Assembly: GCA_045863395.1 (NCBI GenBank)
Contig: BTVJ01000005.1
Span: forward strand, 141,220-205,219
From: Myxococcales bacterium
GTDB taxonomy: Bacteria; Myxococcota_A; UBA9042; JABWCM01; BTVJ01
Reading direction: 5' to 3'
Length of the DNA: 64,000 nt
Part shown: piece by piece, positions 57,765 to 64,000 of the stretch
Layout of the letters: every line of letters starts with the position of its first letter
Numbering within the stretch: the stretch's first letter is position 1
Notes under the pieces: generated by a model
The model's database searches: none
What the model saw: the letters and a program-made list of their open reading frames with translations, nothing else
What the model was told of the DNA's origin: nothing
Translations under genes and position numbers: made by a program

Positions 57765-60700
57765 TCAGGGCCAGTCGACTCTGTCGATGGACACGCGCAT
57801 GGCTCCGTCGCCCACGCTGATCGGAAGCACGCGACCGGAGGGCTCGCCCGTCTCCAACCTGAGGGCGAGCACCTCCGTCGCGATCTCAGCGCCGTGCACC
57901 TCGAGCGCGTCGCGAAGATCGGCGTCCTCGGTGGCCCAGCACACATGGATGCGGTCCTCCACGCGAAGCCCGACCTCCTTGCGGAGCTCCTGGAGAGCGC
58001 GCGTGATGTCCCGCGCCCTGCCCTCCCGGACCAGCTCCGGCGTGAGCGACGTCAGGAGCGCCACGGTCAGCGTCGCGTCCTGCTTGACGGCGAGATCGGC
58101 CCGGGGACGCGTCTCCACGAGGACGTCCACCGCGTCAAGGGTCACCGGTTCTCCATCTACGACGACCTCGACCTGCGCTCCTGCCGCCACCATCCGGGCA
58201 ACCGCGGAGGCATCCAGCGCGTCGAGGGCGTCCTTGAGCAGCTTGACCTTGGGCCCGAGCTTCTTGCCCACCGTCTTGAAGTTGGGCTTCAGCGTGTGCT
58301 CGACGGGGAGCTCGGTCTCCCCCACGTGCACCTCCAGGGCCTTGACGTTGAGCGCGTCGGTCAGCAGGGGCGCGAAGCGCTGGACGGCCACGTCGACCAC
58401 CGGATCCTTCGAAAACACCAGAAGCGAGGGCAGCGGCTGCCGCACGCGGAGCTGCGCGTCGTTGCGCGCCGACAGGGCCAGGGTCGTGACGGTCGCCACG
58501 ATGCCCATGTGGCGCTCCAGGGTCCCGTCGAGGGCGGCGTCGTCCACCGTGGGCCAGGCGCTGAGATGCACCGACTCCTCGGCCGACGAGTCGAGGGGCA
58601 CCACCACGTCCCGCCACAGGTGCTCTGCCACGAAGGGCATCATCGGGGCCACGAGCCGGAGCACGGTGCCGACGCACGTGTGAAGCGTCAGATAGGCGGC
58701 GGTCTTGTCCTGCGAGTCTCCAGACTTCCAGAAGCGACGCCGGTTGCTGCGGATGTACCAGTTGGACAGCTCCTCGACGAAGCCCTCGACCGCCAGGCAG
58801 GCGTCCCGGGTCGCGAAGCTCTCGAAGCCGACGCTCACCGTCGCCACGCAGCGGGCCAGCCGAGAGAGGATCCAGCGGTCGAAGTCGCTGCGCTCGGCGA
58901 GGGGCACGGACACCTTCGCCGCGTCGAAGCCGTCGAGCTTCGCGTACATCCCGTAGAACCCGGCGACGTTCCACAGGGTGTCGTACATCTTGTTGCGGGC
59001 GACCCGCAGCGAGCCGAAGCCGAAGTTCAGGTTGTTCGTGGTGTTCTGCCGGGTGTAGACCCAGCGCATCACGTCCGCGCCCACCTGGTCCACCGCCTCG
59101 TCGAACCAGATGGCGTTGCCCTTGGACTTGTGCATCTCCTCGCCGTGCTCGTCCTTGACCAGGGCGTGGCCGAGCAGGACCTTGAACGGTGCGCGCCCCT
59201 CCAGCATGGTGCTCATGGCGAGCAGCACGTAGAACCAGTTGCGGAACTGGCCCGGGAAGCACTCCACGACGAAGTCCGCGGGGAACCACTGCTCCCACCG
59301 GGCGCGTTCCTCGAAGTAGCCCATGGTGGAGAACGGCACGATGCCCGCGTCGAGCCACGGGTTGCCCACGTCGGTGACCCGCTTCGCGCGCCCGCCGCAC
59401 TTGCAGGCGATGTGCACCGCGTCCACCCGCGGGCGATGGGGCGAGTGACCATCGAGCTGCTCCCAGCCGTCGACGGCGCGCGCCTTCAGCTCCTCGCGCC
59501 CGCCGATCACGTCGAAGTCGCCGCAGGACTCGCACACCCAGATGGGCAGCGCGAGGCCCCAGTAGCGCTTCTTGGAGATCATCCAGTCGCCCATGTTCCG
59601 GAGCCAGTCGAGCTCCAGATCCTGGCCGAACTCGGGGATCCAGCGCACCTGGCGGGCGCTCTCTTGGATCTCGGCGCGCCACGGGTCCATGGCGATGAAC
59701 CACTCGTCGACGAGCCGGAACAGCAGCTCCGTCTTGCAGCGCCAGCAGTGGGGGTAGTTGTGGCGGTAGGGGGCAGTCCGGTAGAGGACGCCCTTGGCCG
59801 TCAGGGACGCATCGACCGCCCCGACCACCTCGGTAGCGCCGCTGCCCGTGAGAGGGCCGAAGCCCGGCAGGAACACGCCCGCGTCGTCGATGGGCGCCAG
59901 CGCAGGCAGGCCCTGCTCCCTGCCCAACTGGAAGTCCTCACGGCCGCAGCCGGGGGCGATGTGGACGATGCCGGTGCCCTCCTCGGCGCTGACGTCCTTC
60001 CAGAGCACGACACGGTGCGCGGCGGCTGCCTCGGCGGCTGCCGGCAGCTCGTCGAAGGGCCCGTCGTAGGTCCACCCCTCCAGGTCGGCGCCCTTGAGCG
60101 TCGCCTCGATGGTGAAGGCCCCCTTGGGCCCCAGCACGGCCTTGGCCACGGACGCCGCCAGATAGTAGAGCTGGTCGCCCTGGCGCGCGGCGACGTAGTC
60201 CAGCTCCGGGTGCACGGCGGCAGCCACGTTGCTCGTCAGGGTCCAGGGGGTCGTCGTCCAGATCAGGAGCGCGCCCTCGCGCTCGCGGAGCGGCAGCGCC
60301 ACCGTCATGGTGGTGTGCTCGACCTCCTTGTAGCCCTCGTGCATCTCGTGCTGGCTGATGCCCGTGCCGCAGCGGGGGCACCAGGGCATGGCGTCGAAAC
60401 CTTTATAGATGAGGCCCCGCTCGTGGCACCTCTTGAGGAAGGCCCAGATGGCGTAGTTGTTGCCGTCGGACATCGTGTAGTACGAGTCGTCCCAGTGCAT
60501 CCACACGCCGAGGCGCTTGCTCTGCTCGGTGATGCGGTCGGCGAACTTGTGGACCCGCGCCTTGCAGTGATCCACGAATGCCTCGATGCCGAAGGACTCG
60601 ATGTCGCGCTTCGTCTGGAAGCCCAGCTCCTTCTCGACCTCCACCTCCACCCACAGCCCCTGGCAGTCGAAGCCGTTCTGGTAGCGCATCGCGTGGCCGC

Positions 60701-60923
60701 GCATGGCGTGGAAGCGCTGGAAGGCGTCTTTGAGGGTGCGGCCCCAGGCGTGGTGAACGCCCATGGGGTTGTTCGCCGTGATGGGGCCATCGAGGAACGA
60801 CCAGCGGGGCCCCGAGGCATTGCGCTCGACGAGGCGCTCGAAGATGCGGTGATCAGCCCAGAAGCGCATGACCTCGCGCTCCCGCTCCACGACGTCGGTC
60901 CAGGCTTCGAAGGGTGCGGTCAT
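57765..60923 (-). CDS. ileS: Isoleucine--tRNA ligase, type 2 (IleRS2)
   Basis: 1052 aa; FLDGPITAN, GFDCQGL, IWTTTPWTL, GTGIVHIAP, YPHCWRC, LSNWYIR; long C-terminal REG.AR domain with no type-1 zinc finger. Confidence 0.95.
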   Translation of the reverse strand: MTAPFEAWTDVVEREREVMRFWADHRIFERLVERNASGPRWSFLDGPITANNPMGVHHAWGRTLKDAFQRFHAMRGHAMRYQNGFDCQGLWVEVEVEKELGFQTKRDIESFGIEAFVDHCKARVHKFADRITEQSKRLGVWMHWDDSYYTMSDGNNYAIWAFLKRCHERGLIYKGFDAMPWCPRCGTGISQHEMHEGYKEVEHTTMTVALPLREREGALLIWTTTPWTLTSNVAAAVHPELDYVAARQGDQLYYLAASVAKAVLGPKGAFTIEATLKGADLEGWTYDGPFDELPAAAEAAAAHRVVLWKDVSAEEGTGIVHIAPGCGREDFQLGREQGLPALAPIDDAGVFLPGFGPLTGSGATEVVGAVDASLTAKGVLYRTAPYRHNYPHCWRCKTELLFRLVDEWFIAMDPWRAEIQESARQVRWIPEFGQDLELDWLRNMGDWMISKKRYWGLALPIWVCESCGDFDVIGGREELKARAVDGWEQLDGHSPHRPRVDAVHIACKCGGRAKRVTDVGNPWLDAGIVPFSTMGYFEERARWEQWFPADFVVECFPGQFRNWFYVLLAMSTMLEGRAPFKVLLGHALVKDEHGEEMHKSKGNAIWFDEAVDQVGADVMRWVYTRQNTTNNLNFGFGSLRVARNKMYDTLWNVAGFYGMYAKLDGFDAAKVSVPLAERSDFDRWILSRLARCVATVSVGFESFATRDACLAVEGFVEELSNWYIRSNRRRFWKSGDSQDKTAAYLTLHTCVGTVLRLVAPMMPFVAEHLWRDVVVPLDSSAEESVHLSAWPTVDDAALDGTLERHMGIVATVTTLALSARNDAQLRVRQPLPSLLVFSKDPVVDVAVQRFAPLLTDALNVKALEVHVGETELPVEHTLKPNFKTVGKKLGPKVKLLKDALDALDASAVARMVAAGAQVEVVVDGEPVTLDAVDVLVETRPRADLAVKQDATLTVALLTSLTPELVREGRARDITRALQELRKEVGLRVEDRIHVCWATEDADLRDALEVHGAEIATEVLALRLETGEPSGRVLPISVGDGAMRVSIDRVDWP

Positions 60924-60956
60924 CTCAGTCCTCGCGGTCTGGTGTCAGGGCCGGTC

Positions 60957-60985
60957 TGCGTAGCACCCGTGCGGCGTCAAGTCAA
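60957..60985 (-). promoter_or_regulatory. Possible sigma70 promoter for ileS
   Basis: TTGACT-N17-TACGCA with an extended TG; weak -10. Confidence 0.35.
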
Positions 60986-63072
60986 TCGGGGCGCAGCGCC
61001 TCGGCGGGCGGGGGCGCGCCGGCCCGAGGAGCGGCGACGGAGGGGCGCGGTGACACGAGCGGCTCCAACAGGCGCACGGCCCTGATGTCCCGCAGCCGGA
61101 TGGGCGCCGGCTCATCTCTGGGGAAGACGGACAGCGGCGCACCCACGGGCTCAAGGGCCGCTGGCACGAAGGTCCGCGGGACCACCCGGCGGCCCCCGAG
61201 CGCGACGTGAACCTCCACGCGCAGCCCCGCCTCCGCGGCGACGCGGAGGAGCGCGGGCAGGTCCACCGAGAGCGCGTGGGAGAGGCGGCGCCAGGAGGGC
61301 GGGGCGTCGTCCCATGCCGCGCGCCCGGCTCGGGGGTCGGGAGTCGGCGGGGGCGGCGGGAGCGCCCGGGGGGCGCGCACGAGGAGCGTCGTCACCAGCC
61401 GCTCGGCCGCCTCCGCCGCCGCGTCGTCGGCGCCCAGCGCGAGCAGTGGCGGGTACACCAGGTCTTCGCAGCCTGGGAGGAAGCTGACCCCGTCCGCGGG
61501 CTCCAGCAGGTCGGCCAGGAGCGCGGCCAGGCGCTCGGGGAGGGGGCGCCAGTCGAGGCGACGGCTCGGAGCCGGCAACGCAGCCGGATGCGCCTGGCGC
61601 TCGCCGGTGAGGCGCACACCCCGCCCCCGCGCCCAACCGGTCAGGAGAGGCAGGGCCTGGGGATGCAGAACCGCCAGCGGGCCATGGCGCTCGAGCACCA
61701 GCGGGCCGAGCTCCGGGTCCGCCACGAGCTCGGCGAGGGCGTGCGCCCCCAGGCGGACCGGGACCCCAGCGAGCACCTCGCACAGGTCGTCGGGGCCGCG
61801 TGCGCCCTCCAGCCAGGCAGTGACAACGGTGAGATCTTCGTCCGGGCAGCAGTCCTCCACCCACCGGCGTGCCTGGGCCGGGTCGAGCCCTCCGTCCAGC
61901 GCCGCCTGGAGGCGAGCGGCGTCGAGGGTCCACCGGTCGACGTCACCGAACGACGCACACGCGCACAACGACGCGACCCTCAAGTAGGCCTCCGCCTGGC
62001 AGTCCGGTGGAAACTGGACCTCCCGGCCTCCCTGGACCACCGGCGACGACACGCTCGCGAGGCGGCGCTCGCCGCGGAGTGTCGCCCGGGCCTCCGGGTG
62101 AAGGAGGACATAGAGGTCCTCGCCATGGCGGGCCACCAAGACGACGCCGACCAGCGCAAGCAGGCCCACCGCGTCCCGGACCGGGGGCGGAGAGGCGGGG
62201 GCGGCAGGGTCCAGCGCGTGGACCCTGGGATCATAGGAGATAGAGAGGATGCCGTCGTAGATGGAGAGCGGCACCGCGGTCAGCTCCGGGAGGCTGGTGA
62301 GTGCCGCCAGCGCGGGCCCCAGGGGAGGGACGGCGGCGATCAGCGCCGAGACCACGACCGCGATCAGCTCCCGCCTCGTCGGGGCCCCTTCAGCGAGGGC
62401 CGACGCGTCGAGGCGCAGCCGGTCGCCCGACCAGCCGAGCCACCCGGCTCGGAGCGCGACACCGGCGAGCAGCCCCAGGGAGACGTCGTCGGCGCCGGCG
62501 GGATCGAAGCCGGGGAGGCGGTCGGCGATGCGGCTCGCGCACGTGCGGACCACGCCGCCGTCCTTCCGAAGCCGCGCCCCGACATCAGACAGAGCCGCCA
62601 GACAGCGAATCAGACGCGCCCCGGGCTCCAAAGATGGCGCAGTGGAGGCCAGACGAACGGACACACCCACAGATCGTGCCAGATGAGCCCGAACGACCGC
62701 AGACGTCACTTGGGGCACCAGGCGCCGCGAGGGTCCGCCGGCTTCGAAAGACGGCTCACCGAGCCACAACCCCGACGCATCCAGATCCGCCAGGTCGCCC
62801 GGCGATGCCGCGCCCGTGGCATCCTCGAACAGCGGGAGGGGCGCCACGGTGTCGGGACACGCCCAGGCCGCCACGGCCAGGGCCCGGCGCGCGGCGACGG
62901 GTAGGGACCGCGCCGCCGTGAGCACCCACCCGGGGTCGGCGATGCGTGCGAGGACCGCGGAGCCCAGGTCGGGGCGACCGGGATCGACGCCGACGGCGGC
63001 GGCGTACACCTCGAGATCGTCGCGAGCCATGCCGTCGATGATGAGCGCGGTCGACGCCGTGAGCCGGTTCAC
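60982..63072 (-). CDS. Divergent helicase-associated (XPB N-terminal / Helicase_C_3-like) domain protein with a possible C-terminal WYL-like domain
   Basis: Segment VVQGGREVQFPP...DVDRWTLDAARLQAALDGG resembles Helicase_C_3; C-terminal RVEV...PRTFVP...IRLRDIRAV resembles a WYL fold. Recognised by eye only. Confidence 0.55.
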   Translation of the reverse strand: MNRLTASTALIIDGMARDDLEVYAAAVGVDPGRPDLGSAVLARIADPGWVLTAARSLPVAARRALAVAAWACPDTVAPLPLFEDATGAASPGDLADLDASGLWLGEPSFEAGGPSRRLVPQVTSAVVRAHLARSVGVSVRLASTAPSLEPGARLIRCLAALSDVGARLRKDGGVVRTCASRIADRLPGFDPAGADDVSLGLLAGVALRAGWLGWSGDRLRLDASALAEGAPTRRELIAVVVSALIAAVPPLGPALAALTSLPELTAVPLSIYDGILSISYDPRVHALDPAAPASPPPVRDAVGLLALVGVVLVARHGEDLYVLLHPEARATLRGERRLASVSSPVVQGGREVQFPPDCQAEAYLRVASLCACASFGDVDRWTLDAARLQAALDGGLDPAQARRWVEDCCPDEDLTVVTAWLEGARGPDDLCEVLAGVPVRLGAHALAELVADPELGPLVLERHGPLAVLHPQALPLLTGWARGRGVRLTGERQAHPAALPAPSRRLDWRPLPERLAALLADLLEPADGVSFLPGCEDLVYPPLLALGADDAAAEAAERLVTTLLVRAPRALPPPPPTPDPRAGRAAWDDAPPSWRRLSHALSVDLPALLRVAAEAGLRVEVHVALGGRRVVPRTFVPAALEPVGAPLSVFPRDEPAPIRLRDIRAVRLLEPLVSPRPSVAAPRAGAPPPAEALRPD

Positions 63073-63635
63073 GGGCGGCTCCCCACGCTGGCTGTCAGGT
63101 GCCGCGGGACGTGGATCATGGCGGCCGGTGTAGCATGGGCGCGCTGCCGGCGGAAGGGTGAAAGAGGGCCTCCTTCCCGCTCGGGGACCCCCTGGGCGCC
63201 CTCACGGGCAGGTCAAGTGCAGCGGAGCGTCGCAGATGCGCGGAGCCGTCGATTGTGAAATACCGCAAGACCCAGGCTAGCTCCACGACCCGGCGAACAC
63301 ATCGCAACCAACTGATTATACAACATAAACACCTATTGTTACCGAAACTTCTCAAACTTCGGCGATGTACTGGACAACATCATCCTGAAATGGGAGATTC
63401 CCCGTGGGTTTGTTGGCGACGAGCCCCGTGAATACGCAGGTCCCGAAAAGAATGGCTTCGGGGCAGGAGAGCCTGAAAGGAAGCGCGTGGTGGTCCCGGG
63501 TCGTGCGGAGCAGCGTACACGATCAGGCCCCGTCGGAGCGGTGAGGCGGCCAGGCAAGAGGTCCGCTCCGCGCGAGACGATTCCAAGGCGTTCACGGTGC
63601 CGTCCCGACCAAGGTCCTCCCAGGAGGAGCAACTC

Positions 63636-64000
63636 ATGAAGCTGAGACATGTGTTCAGAGCGATGGGTGTGAGTGCGGTGGTCGCGTGTGTGGCCCTCGC
63701 CGGAGCCTGCAGCGAGGGGGGCGATGGCCCCCAGGGCGAGCAGGGCATCCAGGGTGACAAGGGAGACAAGGGAGATCAAGGGGAGCCGGGCGTGGCCGGC
63801 GAGAAGGGGGAGCAGGGGCTGCCCGGCACCGACGGTGCGGCTGGCAAGCCCGGCGATCAGGGTCCGGCCGGAGAGACGGGCGCCACTGGGGCGCAGGGGC
63901 CCGCGGGTGAGAAGGGCGACCCCGGTGACAAGGGTGACCCCGGCGTCGCCGGAGCCCCTGGCGAGAAGGGCGACCCCGGCGAGAAGGGCGACCCCGGCGA
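63636..64000 (+). CDS. Collagen-like (Gly-X-Y) lipoprotein, partial (runs off the window)
   Basis: [34 protein letters not shown] lipobox, then uninterrupted [21 protein letters not shown]... to the window end. Confidence 0.9.
   Translation, partial: MKLRHVFRAMGVSAVVACVALAGACSEGGDGPQGEQGIQGDKGDKGDQGEPGVAGEKGEQGLPGTDGAAGKPGDQGPAGETGATGAQGPAGEKGDPGDKGDPGVAGAPGEKGDPGEKGDPG

Noticed and set aside
60924..60981. T-box leader for ileS
   Set aside because: The intergenic space is too short and no T-box consensus is present.
56778..61085. Very long + strand ORF (1435 aa), and similar antisense ORFs at 32320-35334, 36090-38510, 38290-40920, 9319-11757 and 48713-51445
   Set aside because: These are antisense shadows of well-supported genes. 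High GC3 codon bias suppresses stops on the opposite strand, and the translations show no motifs.
63460..63490. CAGG...GAAAGGAAGC as SRP RNA or a glycine riboswitch
   Set aside because: Only partial resemblance; the SRP domain IV geometry and the glycine aptamer core are not matched.

Overview
Very GC-rich bacterial chromosome segment. The gene repertoire (PEGA-domain Ser/Thr kinase, TonB_C-fused TonB-dependent receptor, TPR, Cys-rich and collagen lipoproteins, sirC-ccsA-hemA-hemC-cobA/hemD, RemA) suggests Myxococcota or a related deltaproteobacterium (inference). It is mostly core genome: a tetrapyrrole operon, mreBCD-mrdA-rodA, a ppiD-like gene, mpl, wecB/GT2, a vapBC module, yicC-remA-gmk-gltX-rel-ribBA plus a TonB-dependent receptor, a G1P dehydrogenase, thrC, aceE, tRNA-Gly(GCC), hemY and ileS. 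I found no CRISPR array, integrase, transposase, reverse transcriptase or prophage. The most unusual signals are: (1) an intact PBP2 carrying a ~95-aa insertion of three tandem CPxD...CxxC modules; (2) a lipoprotein with a 177-aa Asp/Trp-rich tail lacking K/R/H; (3) a type-2 IleRS with GVHH in place of HIGH; (4) a RibBA with an apparently degenerate DHBP-synthase half abutting the receptor; (5) a sigma54-type promoter before an 81-Cys modular protein; (6) a degenerate HK-REC-GGDEF hybrid; (7) a candidate structured leader RNA upstream of a collagen-like lipoprotein. All calls come from reading motifs by eye, with no database searches. Many start codons were reassigned relative to the ORF track using RBS position, gene overlap and the expected family N-terminus.
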